Source: a bacterium (GTDB lineage: Bacteria; JAMCPX01). From it: a DNA stretch of 64,000 nt. Location of the stretch: assembly GCA_037439545.1 (NCBI GenBank), contig JBBIVV010000003.1, forward strand, positions 26,104 to 90,103, given 5' to 3'. The position numbers and the translations under genes were made by a program. Below the pieces are notes generated by a model that was not told the DNA's origin, did not search any database, and saw only the letters and a list, made by a program, of their open reading frames with translations. Shown here piece after piece: positions 41,980-51,904 of this stretch; position 1 is the first letter of the stretch; every line of letters starts with the position of its first letter.

Positions 41980-44964
41980 TCAAGGCTGGAATATGACCCT
42001 TGATTCTGCGTTTTGCAGTATGTCCTTCGGATAGAACCATTGCGGATGGACCTTGTTATTTACCCACAGGTTGACCTGGTCAGCGTAATGTTTCGGCGGG
42101 TTCGCAAGATCAGGTCCCATACCAGACTCTCCGCCCGGCAGGACGTTATATCCCACTATCGCACCTGGTTTCATCTCGACCGAGAACCGTATTGCAGGTC
42201 CGCCACCGTAGGTATAGTCCGTGTGAAATGGCATTGCACCATTGCCCATCTCAAACCCGAATGTTCCCGGGTCCACCGAGAACATGCTCCCGGGTCTTGG
42301 ATAGCCCTGATTGTTATTGGCCGGATCAGCAAGATCGAATTCGTGATCTCCGGTAAGACTGATCAGATCGGAAAAGGTCAGGGTGTGCAGTTTGCCCCAT
42401 TGCCATTGTGTCATATCGGTTGTTCCAAAGCTCGTCGGCGTTCCTTTACCGGTGGAAGCCATTGAGAGATCATCGATGCCCTGTGCAAGACTTTGTATCA
42501 TGACCTGGTCAAGGGTCCTTGGACTGAAGGTATAGCCGGATGAAGTCGGAACAAGGGCATCAAGGAGCGTGCTCTGCTGGGTCGAGAGTGAGTATGTCGC
42601 GCACTGTGTCGGGTGCTCCAGCATGGTGACCAGGGTATTGATGATAATCATGTCGTTAATTGATCGGTCCTGACCTAAGGCCTGCATCTTGTCATAAAAG
42701 ATAGTGTAAAACAGTCTTTGGACAAAGCCCTCGAATATGGATGTTGCAATGCTGTTATTGACGTCATCGGTCGTTGCCGACGGAGACATGCCCGTAGGCG
42801 TGTCATAAGGATGAGTACTCGTTGTCCATGCATTCAAATAGGTCATGGCGGTCGCGGTCGGTGAATTTGCGGGGATGGTGCCTTTCAGATCTGTATATGC
42901 TTTTTGCAGGAATGGCAGTATGTCCAATGCGTAGGTATCTGTATGATCAGCTTGAATAACGTTCTGGACATACGCGAGATCAATAGTCCCTTTGCCTGCT
43001 GCTTCGATGTCCTTGTCTATCTGGTGCGCTCTGTATCCGGGGTCATAAAATCCACCAAGGTAATAGGGGTTGTTCATCGGTTCGTTATTATACGTAACAC
43101 CCACAGGGTCTTCGTTTGCTGTTGCTATATAGCCCTGTGCAGGGTTTTCAACAAATGGGACCGCTGATGCAGGCACCCAGCCTGTCCAGTATACATTGGG
43201 ATCATAACCAGGCAGCATTAGATAAGGCGGATAGGTAAAATCGCTGAAAGGCAGTCCACTCGGCAGTGCGTTTTGCGTATAAAGCTGTGTGTCTGGCCCT
43301 CTTGTCGGAATCGCACTCTGGTCCGTTAAATATATATTTCCCTTTATATCGGCATAAACAAAGTTCTGTGAGCCGACTTTGAAATAACTCTGAGCTGTTA
43401 TAAATTCGGCAAGGTTCTGTGCCTGGTCTATTCCGTAAAATGCCTGCAGTTCGTCTGACGGTACCATGCCTGTCCATGTGAATGCTTCCAATGCTGTCGA
43501 TCCCCCAGGCGTGTAACTGCCAGGGTATACGGGCATGGTTCCATGTCCGGGTATGGTTACATAATATGCGTTAATTGTCGTTGGCGATAATCCCTTGCCC
43601 AACACACCGCCATAATTAAAAGTCATAGGGACAGGTTGTATGGGTATGGCTGTTCCATTATAGTTTGCGGTATCAGGATTACCCGTAGTTACGGTAAATT
43701 GATAAACGTCTATAACATCCGATGGAAATACGGTGTCACCCCATGCAATAGAATCATTATGTCCTATGACGACACCAGGTGCACCCGGAAATACGACACC
43801 TATGGTATTAATGTTGCCATTACCGACAGCCGTTGTATTGACATGTATCTCATACCAAATAGGCGGATTGTAAAGCGGGAGGTGCGTATCGTTTGCAAGG
43901 ATTGCATATCCGTCTTTGGTAAGGGAAGGACCGATTACCCAGTTGTTGCTGCCTACCTGGCCCTTCTCTCGGGGCTTATACAAGAAACCGAAAGGCCCAT
44001 TCCGTAAGGAATTGTAAAAGTCCTCTGCGCCCTGCAGGGCTGTCTGATTTATCTGCATGGGATGTACAGAGGCATTGTTTTTAGTCCCGGGAACGGACAT
44101 AAGGTTTAGGTTTTTGTAGGATAATACCGAGAATGTGGTAGAGGTCGCATATGAAAACGGGTTCGGCAATGGAACAGCAGGAGCCTTTGCCGCAGGCTCT
44201 GAGCGTGCGAAATCATACGTAAGCCCTGAAAAATGTTTCAAACCAGGATCAGAAGAAGTTGAGGTGAAAATCGTAGACCCTGCATTAAAGTAATGCGTTG
44301 CGTGTACCTTGGTCCCCTCGTCCTCCATCGTAAGACTGTAGGATTCAAATTTACCGAAAGCAATGAGGTCTTCGGGTGTGAACGGCTTTATATCGGAAAT
44401 GGTGATACCCATGAGAGGACTCGAATATTCGGCAGGCAGCACCTTTGCATTCGGATTTGCCTGTATCTGCTGTGCAAGCTGACTCAGATAAAAATTGATG
44501 CCATTGCAGAATGCTTGAAGTATGCCCTGCAGGTCAGGGGGGGTTTGTGCATATACAATTTGAGCAATCGAATAAAAACCCATCATCCTTGAATGTATGT
44601 CCTCGTTTAATGCCTGGTTGCCGAAGTATTCTGTCAAGGTGCCGTCGGCAATATGTCTGAACATGTCCATTTCAAAGAGCCTGTCCGACGCCTCTGCATA
44701 ACCCTGCGCAAACGCGACATCGGTAATTGTCTTACCGTATATATGTGGTATGCCGTAGGTGTCCCTGATTATTTCGACCGGGGATTGAATGGATCCTTTT
44801 GATGTCTGAATAGTCTGGTTTACCGCCAAACCTGTAAAAGGATCATTCGGACCTATTGATACACCCGAACTGGAACTGCTGGAGCATGTGGTGAATTGCA
44901 GCACTGATAAGACTAACACTGTTAGTCCCGCGATAGAGAGCCATGAGCGTGTTTTTAACGACAT
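41980..44964 (-). CDS. Penicillin/AHL acylase family (peptidase S45, Ntn hydrolase) lipoprotein, copy 1
   Basis: Lipobox FTTC plus a Ser run; RD.YGIPHIY; AQGY..A.DRLF; GSNNW beta-chain start; ANDTHL; WG.LH; PGGESG. Confidence 0.9.
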   Translation of the reverse strand: MSLKTRSWLSIAGLTVLVLSVLQFTTCSSSSSSGVSIGPNDPFTGLAVNQTIQTSKGSIQSPVEIIRDTYGIPHIYGKTITDVAFAQGYAEASDRLFEMDMFRHIADGTLTEYFGNQALNEDIHSRMMGFYSIAQIVYAQTPPDLQGILQAFCNGINFYLSQLAQQIQANPNAKVLPAEYSSPLMGITISDIKPFTPEDLIAFGKFESYSLTMEDEGTKVHATHYFNAGSTIFTSTSSDPGLKHFSGLTYDFARSEPAAKAPAVPLPNPFSYATSTTFSVLSYKNLNLMSVPGTKNNASVHPMQINQTALQGAEDFYNSLRNGPFGFLYKPREKGQVGSNNWVIGPSLTKDGYAILANDTHLPLYNPPIWYEIHVNTTAVGNGNINTIGVVFPGAPGVVIGHNDSIAWGDTVFPSDVIDVYQFTVTTGNPDTANYNGTAIPIQPVPMTFNYGGVLGKGLSPTTINAYYVTIPGHGTMPVYPGSYTPGGSTALEAFTWTGMVPSDELQAFYGIDQAQNLAEFITAQSYFKVGSQNFVYADIKGNIYLTDQSAIPTRGPDTQLYTQNALPSGLPFSDFTYPPYLMLPGYDPNVYWTGWVPASAVPFVENPAQGYIATANEDPVGVTYNNEPMNNPYYLGGFYDPGYRAHQIDKDIEAAGKGTIDLAYVQNVIQADHTDTYALDILPFLQKAYTDLKGTIPANSPTATAMTYLNAWTTSTHPYDTPTGMSPSATTDDVNNSIATSIFEGFVQRLFYTIFYDKMQALGQDRSINDMIIINTLVTMLEHPTQCATYSLSTQQSTLLDALVPTSSGYTFSPRTLDQVMIQSLAQGIDDLSMASTGKGTPTSFGTTDMTQWQWGKLHTLTFSDLISLTGDHEFDLADPANNNQGYPRPGSMFSVDPGTFGFEMGNGAMPFHTDYTYGGGPAIRFSVEMKPGAIVGYNVLPGGESGMGPDLANPPKHYADQVNLWVNNKVHPQWFYPKDILQNAESRVIFQP

Positions 44965-45039
44965 TTTTCCTCCTTCAGTAAAGTTACCAATAGGTATTAT
45001 AATATATCAGTCACGAAAGCAAGAAAAAATTGTAAGTGA

Positions 45040-45182
45040 AAAAGGGCGTGGTTGAAAAACCGCGCCCTTTTGAACGGGTGCTCGCCTTGACCCCGTTATT
45101 TATAGCGGGGTCAAGGCGAGCTATACGATCAACCTATTCGCTACCGACGAAGAATCCACGCTGTTTACAGCGTGGATTCTTC
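45040..45182. repeat. Three consecutive long hairpins (terminator-like plus two REP-like palindromes)
   Basis: 45040-45071 aaaagggcg.ggtt/aacc.cgccctttt; 45080-45121 16-bp perfect stem; 45149-45182 16-bp perfect stem. Confidence 0.75.
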
Positions 45183-45189
45183 AATGATA

Positions 45190-48114
45190 CTACTGCGGCT
45201 GGAATATGACCCTTGATTCTGCGTTTTTCAGTATGTCCTTCGGATAGAACCACAGCGGGTGTTCCTGGTTGTTGACCCAAAGATTCGCCTGGTCGCCATA
45301 ATGCTTGGGCGGATTGTCGAGATCAGGTCCAAGTCCGGACTCGCCTCCGGGTAAGACATTGAAAGCGGTTATGTCCCCGGGCTTCATCTGGACGGAGAAC
45401 CTGATGGCAGGTCCTGAGCTATAGGTATAATCCGTCGGATAATTCATCTGAATATCGTTTGCTCCAAGTTCCCCGGGGTCGACCGTATAGTTGCTGCCGG
45501 GCCGTGGATAGCCCTTGCCGGTTGACGGCAGGTTTATTTGCGGGAAGAGATTACCTGCCGAGTTCAGCAGGTTCATCAATGTCAGTGTATGAATGCTGCC
45601 CCAGAGCCATTGCGTCATATCGGTCGTCTTGAAGACATTGGATGAGAGCTCATTCAGTCCTGCCTGGAGGCTTTCCATCATCACCTGATTCACGGTCCGT
45701 GTGGTATAGGTATACCCGCCGCCATTGAGAACAAGCTTGTCGAACAGCATGCTCTGGTTTCGTACGGGAGAATACAGGGCTGTTTCTGTCGGATATTCGA
45801 GCGCCTTGAGCAATGAAGTGACAAGGTTGAACTCCACAATGCCGGGCGGATCCGTTATGCCGAGTGCAGCAAATTTGTCCTTATACACGTCCTGGAACAG
45901 TGCTTGTGCAAATCCCTCGTATATGGACGTAGCGATGCTGTCGTTGACCTGCTGCGTTGTTTCCGAGATGCCGGTCGGGGTATCGAACGTCCATTGATTC
46001 AGATAGCCCATTGCCTGTGTTTCCATAGGCGTTACGGTCAGACTGTTTGCCGTGAAGTAATTGTACGCAGTCTGCAGAAAAGGCATGATCCTTTTTGCAT
46101 AGGTATCCGTGTGGTCTGCCTGCATTTTGTTCTGTATAACATTAAAATCTATATTCGGTTCATTTGCATTGATATCATCGTTGATCTCTTTTGCCCTGAA
46201 TCCGGGATCAAAGAACGCACCGAGATAATTGGGGTTTTCGAGCGGTTCATTATTGTAGGTAACCCCGACAGTATCCTGGTTCGCCGTTGCAATATATCCG
46301 ACCGATGGATTCGTGGTAAAAGGTACTGCCGCAGCAGACAGAAAGCCTGTCCATGTAAATGCACTGCCGCCAGGCAGAACAAGGTAGGGAGGATATTCAT
46401 AGTTTTCATAGGTCAGGCCTGTATAGGGAAGCCCTACAGTCGTATGGATCGATGTTCCTGAAGCGCGTACCGGTATTGTGCACTGATCTGTAAGGTAGAT
46501 ATTGCCGGATATATCCGCGTATACGAAATTCTGTGCCCCGAGCTTGAAGTCTGACTGAGCGGCTATAAACTGGCTCAGGTCCTGTGCTTGATCTATACCG
46601 TAGAATGCGCCGAGTTCGTTGGACGGGAGAAAGCCTGTCCAAGTCAATGCAAGGGCTGCCGATGTCGGGTTGCCGGGTATATAGCTTCCGGGTATAATCG
46701 GCAATGAGCCCATGCCCTGTATGGTCACATAGTATGTGTTTACCGTTCCTGTCGTAATCTTATTGCCGTTGAACAATCCTCCGAATGTCAAGGTCAAAGG
46801 CACGGTTGTTATGGGGAGCGTCCATCCGTCGTAGCCGACCGTATCAGGAGAGCCCGTCGTTACGGTGAATTGATATATATCAATTATGTCAGGGCCAAAA
46901 ACAGTGACTCCCCATGCAATGGCATCATTATGTCCTACGATGACGCCCGGAGCCAGGGGAAATACGACACCGGCAACGTCGATATTACCGTTTCCAACTG
47001 CCTCTGTATTGTCATGCACCTCATAGAATATGGGAGGGTTGAACAATTGCAGATGTGTGTCGTTTGCAAGCATTGCATAATGATTCGTCGTGAGTGCCGG
47101 ACCGATTGTCCAGTTATTGCTGCCTTTCTTACCCAAAGGCTGCGGTCTGAATAACGCACCCATAGGTCCGTCATAGATAGAATTATAAAAGCGCATCGCA
47201 CCCTGCAGTGAGACGGGACTGATGACGGTTTTGTGTTGATTCACACTGCTCATCACAGGGGGGAGCATACCCAATGTACTCAGAGACGTCGTCGTTGCTT
47301 TGGCAAAGGGGTTTGGCAAAGGCACAGCAGGGGCTTTTGCAGCAGGTTCGGATCTCACAATATCGTAGGTAAGCCCTGTAAAATGCCGGAGCCCGGTATC
47401 AGTGGCTGTAAATGCAAATACGGATTTCACGTTGTCAAGAAAGGAGGTAAGCGCGATTTTGGTCCCGTCATCTTCTCCCGAGAGGCTGTAGGACATATAT
47501 TTACCGAATGCGATTATGTCCATGGGTGTGAACGGTTTTATGGCAGTAACCGTGATGCCGATCTGGGAATACTCATACGGCAGGACTTTTACATTTGGAT
47601 TGTTCTGCACCTGCAGTTTCAACTGGTCAAGATAGGTGTTTATACCATTACAAAATGATGTTAATACGGACTGGATCTGCGGAGATGATTGGGCATAGAC
47701 GATCGGCGCAATCGTGCTGAAGCCCAATATTCTCGAATGAATATCTTCATCCACGATACCGGGCATATTACCGAGATATTCGGTCAAGGTCCCGTCTCCG
47801 ATATGCCTGAACATATCCATTTCGAATAATCTGTCGGACGCCTGGACATAACCCTGTGCAAATGCCACATCGGTCATGGTACGCCCGTATATATGGGGTA
47901 TACCGTAAACGTCTCTTATGACCTCGACAGGATATTGAAGAGAACTCTTTGGTATGTTTATGGTCTGACTGACAGCCAAACCTGTGAACGGATCATTCGG
48001 GCCTATTGAAGTGCTTCCGCCTGAGCTGCTCGAGCACGCGTTAAATTGCAGGACCGATAAAATCAACGCTGCAATGCCTGCGGCTGAGAACCATGAATGT
48101 TTTGTGGACGGCAT
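45190..48114 (-). CDS. Penicillin/AHL acylase family lipoprotein, copy 2
   Basis: Lipobox FNAC; same motifs (GSNNW, ANDTHL, PGGESG); colinear paralog of copy 1. Confidence 0.9.
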   Translation of the reverse strand: MPSTKHSWFSAAGIAALILSVLQFNACSSSSGGSTSIGPNDPFTGLAVSQTINIPKSSLQYPVEVIRDVYGIPHIYGRTMTDVAFAQGYVQASDRLFEMDMFRHIGDGTLTEYLGNMPGIVDEDIHSRILGFSTIAPIVYAQSSPQIQSVLTSFCNGINTYLDQLKLQVQNNPNVKVLPYEYSQIGITVTAIKPFTPMDIIAFGKYMSYSLSGEDDGTKIALTSFLDNVKSVFAFTATDTGLRHFTGLTYDIVRSEPAAKAPAVPLPNPFAKATTTSLSTLGMLPPVMSSVNQHKTVISPVSLQGAMRFYNSIYDGPMGALFRPQPLGKKGSNNWTIGPALTTNHYAMLANDTHLQLFNPPIFYEVHDNTEAVGNGNIDVAGVVFPLAPGVIVGHNDAIAWGVTVFGPDIIDIYQFTVTTGSPDTVGYDGWTLPITTVPLTLTFGGLFNGNKITTGTVNTYYVTIQGMGSLPIIPGSYIPGNPTSAALALTWTGFLPSNELGAFYGIDQAQDLSQFIAAQSDFKLGAQNFVYADISGNIYLTDQCTIPVRASGTSIHTTVGLPYTGLTYENYEYPPYLVLPGGSAFTWTGFLSAAAVPFTTNPSVGYIATANQDTVGVTYNNEPLENPNYLGAFFDPGFRAKEINDDINANEPNIDFNVIQNKMQADHTDTYAKRIMPFLQTAYNYFTANSLTVTPMETQAMGYLNQWTFDTPTGISETTQQVNDSIATSIYEGFAQALFQDVYKDKFAALGITDPPGIVEFNLVTSLLKALEYPTETALYSPVRNQSMLFDKLVLNGGGYTYTTRTVNQVMMESLQAGLNELSSNVFKTTDMTQWLWGSIHTLTLMNLLNSAGNLFPQINLPSTGKGYPRPGSNYTVDPGELGANDIQMNYPTDYTYSSGPAIRFSVQMKPGDITAFNVLPGGESGLGPDLDNPPKHYGDQANLWVNNQEHPLWFYPKDILKNAESRVIFQPQ

Positions 48115-48303
48115 ATTCTCCTCCCAACGATAAATTTAAGAATATTCTTTAGTATATTTCCGGCATGAAAGCAAGATAAAGCATAGCCCCGCGCTGCATC
48201 AGGTATGGGATGACAAAACAAGAAGACAAAGGATGTCGCGATGTTGCTTTTTTATTATGAAAGATGTATTGCAGGGTTATGACCGAAAAAAGGATTTATC
48301 CCT

Positions 48304-49473
48304 ATGCTTGACAGGAACAAGATTAGAAAAGACGCAGAACGGTACCTTATGGACGGTGCCTATGAAAAGGCCATAGAAGAACTCGGTAAACTGTGTGTCA
48401 TAGAAACGAATGATCCATGGGTCTGGAATTCGCTCGGTGAATGCTATGCGAGCATCAACGACGAAAAGAAGGCCGTGAAGAATTTTATGATGGCGCACAA
48501 GAAGTTCCTCCAGCAGAATGACCTCCAGTCCGGTTTGTCTGCTTTGGAGCGTGTCCTGGCCATTGATTCCGGAAACAAAGAGGCTGAAGAGGACCGGACA
48601 AGGCTGTTGGCCAAGCTCTCTAAAGAGGGTGTCAAGCCCATCAAGAGCGTTGCGAAGAGAATACCCATATTCTCCGAGATAGAAGAGCAAGAATTAGACG
48701 ATATACTCAAGATTGCCAGGGCCATTACCCTGCCTCAGGACAAAACGATAATCAAGGACGGAAGTAAAGGCGATTCTATTTATTTTATCATATCGGGTAT
48801 TGTCAGTGTTTCTAAAAAGGACAAGGACGGAAAGGACATCATGCTCGATACGCTCTCTGACGGCGATTTCTTCGGCGAATTCGGGTTCTTTACCGGCGGC
48901 AAGAGGCAGGCGACCGTCGTATCCGCGAGTTCAGTAGAGCTTTATGAATTTACAAAGCAGGAAATGGAGGGTGTCGCACAGAAGCATCCGAATGTATCGA
49001 AGGTGATGGTCGATTTCTATAAAAAGCGGGTCCTCAGCAACATTATCGCCATGACGCCCGTATTCAGCGAGTTGAATAATAACGAAAGAGAAGATATTAT
49101 AAACAGGTTTGAACTCATGGTCGTGGAACCAGACAAGGCTGTCGTAAAAGAAGGGGACATTGGTGACGCAATGTATATTGTGAAAGACGGTGCCTTGCAG
49201 GTGAGCACGGTTGACGGCAAGGGCAAACCGGTCATGCTGGCAGAGCTCGGTGAAGGTGACATATTCGGCGAGGTTGCATTGATAACAGACAAGCCCCGGA
49301 CAGCCACGGTAAAGACCCTGAAACAGAGCAGGCTGATGAAACTTAGGAAGGAAGATTTCAAAGAGATCGTCGAGCAATACGAATCCGTGAAAAACATGGT
49401 CATGCAGACGATAAGCGAGAGGGCAGAGGACACCATAAAGCGCCTGTTCGATAAAAAAAATAGAGCGCTTTGA
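48304..49473 (+). CDS. TPR plus tandem cyclic-nucleotide-binding domain protein
   Basis: N-terminal TPR-like helices; two cNMP domains (GDFFGE...RQATV; GDIFGE...PRTATV); no HTH. Confidence 0.85.
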   Translation: MLDRNKIRKDAERYLMDGAYEKAIEELGKLCVIETNDPWVWNSLGECYASINDEKKAVKNFMMAHKKFLQQNDLQSGLSALERVLAIDSGNKEAEEDRTRLLAKLSKEGVKPIKSVAKRIPIFSEIEEQELDDILKIARAITLPQDKTIIKDGSKGDSIYFIISGIVSVSKKDKDGKDIMLDTLSDGDFFGEFGFFTGGKRQATVVSASSVELYEFTKQEMEGVAQKHPNVSKVMVDFYKKRVLSNIIAMTPVFSELNNNEREDIINRFELMVVEPDKAVVKEGDIGDAMYIVKDGALQVSTVDGKGKPVMLAELGEGDIFGEVALITDKPRTATVKTLKQSRLMKLRKEDFKEIVEQYESVKNMVMQTISERAEDTIKRLFDKKNRAL

Positions 49474-51215
49474 TGGCGGCTGCAATATCCGAAAGCAAGC
49501 TGAGAGAGTTAGAATTTTTAAAAAGGCTTTTTTCCATATACGAGGTCTTATCGCAGCAGAGAATCGATCGACAGATAGCCGATAAGCTGTACGATGATCT
49601 ACTCGCTCTTATTGTAAAAGAACTTTCATGCACTGCAGGAAGTCTGTTTATTATAGACAAAGACAACGGCTCACCGGTTTTTGCCGCAGTGAAAGGCGGT
49701 GATGAAAGCCTTATCGGCAAGAAACTCGAAAAAGGCAAGGGCATTGTAGGAAATGTCGCAGAAACGGGCATAAGTTACCTATCACACGATGTATCGAAAG
49801 ACAAGACGTGGATGGGAGAGGTGAGCAAGAGCAAAGGCTTCTCGACCAGCGATATCCTTGCGTGTCCGATAAAGTACGGCGAGGAAGTCATCGGTGTCGT
49901 GGAGGTTTTGAACAAGAAGCGCGGTATCTGCAATAAAAAGGACATGAAAAGACTTCTTCAGTTGACACCGCATATCGCAGTTATCATAAAATATTTTATC
50001 GATGAGCTTGAACGCCAGAGATTCGTCGAGATGCAGACAAAACTGTATGAGCTGTCCATGGTGCTTAACTCGGACCTTGATACAAAGGCCGTCGTAAGGA
50101 ATGCGATAAAAGCCATCGTATCACTCGTCAATGCCGATGTCGGGTCCCTCCTGCTCGTGGATAAAGAAAAGCAGGAGCTGTTTTTCGAGGTCGTGCTTGG
50201 AGACAGCGAGAAGGCGTTGAAGGAAATACGCCTGAAATTCGGTCAGGGCATAGCAGGCTGGGTCGCACAGCAGAAACAGCCTATTATTGTCAATGACACT
50301 GCAAACGATGAGAGGTTCTATAAAAAGGCTGACGAGAAAACGGGCTTTGTCACAAAAAATGTACTGTGTGTCCCGGTGCTTTCAAAAGGTGAGGTGACCG
50401 GGGTCATACAGGCCATAAACAAAAAAGAAGAGTTGTTTGCCCCGTTTGATAAAACCGCCAGTCCGGAGATGACATCTCATCCTGGAAATGAAGCCGTAAC
50501 AAAGCCGCAGCCAATGCAAGCGGCAGGAAAGAATAGTTATCGAACGGGGTTTACAAAGCATGATCTCGAGCTCCTGAAATCATTGGCGGACCAGGTGGCG
50601 ATTGCGCTCGAGAATGCGTCCCTCCATGAAGAGCTGAAAAGGACGTTTCTCGAGGTAGTGCAGTCGCTCGCAGAGGCGATAGAGAAAAGGGACCCCTACA
50701 CAGGGGGGCATACAAAGCGTGTGGTAAAATATTCGCTGATGATTGCCGATCAGATAGGTGTGTCGGGCGATGAGAGGGACAGGCTTAAAATAGCTGCACT
50801 GCTGCACGATGTCGGTAAGATCGGCGTCGATGACAGCGTGCTCCGCAAGCCTGCACGGCTTGATGATATAGAGTTCGCAAAAATGAAAGAACATCCCACT
50901 ATCGGGGCAGATATACTCGGCAAGATCCCGCAAATAAAAAATATCATACCCGGTATTTTGTATCACCATGAATGGTATAACGGAAGGGGCTACCCTGACG
51001 GGCTATCCGGAAATGCTTTGCCGAAGATTGCAAGGATAATCTCCATCGCAGACACCTATGATGCAATGACAACAGACCGGCCGTACAGAAAGGGCCTGAC
51101 GCACGACTTTGCGATTTCAGAGTTGAAAAAATTCTCCGGCACGCAGTTCGATCCTGAATTCGTAGAAGCATTTTTGCAGGCATTTGAAAAGCAGCGTAGT
51201 GGAAGTAGCCTATGA
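49473..51215 (+). CDS. GAF-GAF-HD-GYP cyclic dinucleotide phosphodiesterase
   Basis: Two GAF domains (GIVG/GIAGWVA, VIGVVEVLNK); D.YTGGH..RV, LHDVGKIG, HHEWYNG.GYP, ADTYDAMTTDRPYR. Confidence 0.9.
   Translation: MAAAISESKLRELEFLKRLFSIYEVLSQQRIDRQIADKLYDDLLALIVKELSCTAGSLFIIDKDNGSPVFAAVKGGDESLIGKKLEKGKGIVGNVAETGISYLSHDVSKDKTWMGEVSKSKGFSTSDILACPIKYGEEVIGVVEVLNKKRGICNKKDMKRLLQLTPHIAVIIKYFIDELERQRFVEMQTKLYELSMVLNSDLDTKAVVRNAIKAIVSLVNADVGSLLLVDKEKQELFFEVVLGDSEKALKEIRLKFGQGIAGWVAQQKQPIIVNDTANDERFYKKADEKTGFVTKNVLCVPVLSKGEVTGVIQAINKKEELFAPFDKTASPEMTSHPGNEAVTKPQPMQAAGKNSYRTGFTKHDLELLKSLADQVAIALENASLHEELKRTFLEVVQSLAEAIEKRDPYTGGHTKRVVKYSLMIADQIGVSGDERDRLKIAALLHDVGKIGVDDSVLRKPARLDDIEFAKMKEHPTIGADILGKIPQIKNIIPGILYHHEWYNGRGYPDGLSGNALPKIARIISIADTYDAMTTDRPYRKGLTHDFAISELKKFSGTQFDPEFVEAFLQAFEKQRSGSSL
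50439..50550. mobile_element. Putative miniature inverted-repeat element inserted in frame
   Basis: Terminal inverted repeats ccccgtttgataa / ttatcgaacgggg (1 mismatch); flanked by TTT on both sides; adds 37 codons. Confidence 0.6.
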
Positions 51216-51904
51216 AAAGTAAAGAGCTTAAAAAATTGTCCATTATAGAATTAAGAAGGCTCGCAATATCCCTGCACGTGAGTCTTACGAGAAAAATGTC
51301 GAAGGAGCAGATCATCAAAGCTATTGTCGCTTCAACACGATCAAGGGCCATATCTGCGACGTTAAAGAAGAAAAAACGGTACGTTGCGGACATGAGCCGT
51401 CACATGGCGGCCGAAAAACACCGTGTGCCCCCTGTAACACAGGGTGAGAACCTTCCTGTTTATACGGGAATAGCAAAACTCGTATTGCTGCCGAGAGACC
51501 CGTGGTGGATATTTGCTTATTGGGAGATCGATGCTGCTCAGATTGATAATAAAGGACTGGTTCTCCGCGTCTATAGAAAGACAGGACAGTTGTATGCAAG
51601 TATTCAGGTCGGTCATGCAAGCAACTGGTACATAGATCTTCCGGAGCCCGAGGAAACGGTTAAAAGTGAGATCGGATATATGGAATCGAAAAGCAGGTTC
51701 AAGGTCATTGCCGTATCCAACACGATAAAGACCCCCCGAGCATGGCCTTCACGCCTCACCTATGAAACGGGATCTCCGGGAACGGACCGTACATCAGCCG
51801 GTCATGCAGCAACAGAAGAAAACGATCCATTCAGCGAATCATACAAAGCTTTTGAGAAGCTCAGCTCAATTTCAAGAAAAGAAATAACATCAAGAAAACG
51901 ATGA
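51212..51904 (+). CDS. DUF4912 domain protein with a Rho N-terminal-like helix bundle
   Basis: EL.KLSI.ELRRLA...MSKEQII; LVLLPRDPWWIFAYWE; NWYI; SN.I.TPR. Confidence 0.8.
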   Translation: MKSKELKKLSIIELRRLAISLHVSLTRKMSKEQIIKAIVASTRSRAISATLKKKKRYVADMSRHMAAEKHRVPPVTQGENLPVYTGIAKLVLLPRDPWWIFAYWEIDAAQIDNKGLVLRVYRKTGQLYASIQVGHASNWYIDLPEPEETVKSEIGYMESKSRFKVIAVSNTIKTPRAWPSRLTYETGSPGTDRTSAGHAATEENDPFSESYKAFEKLSSISRKEITSRKR

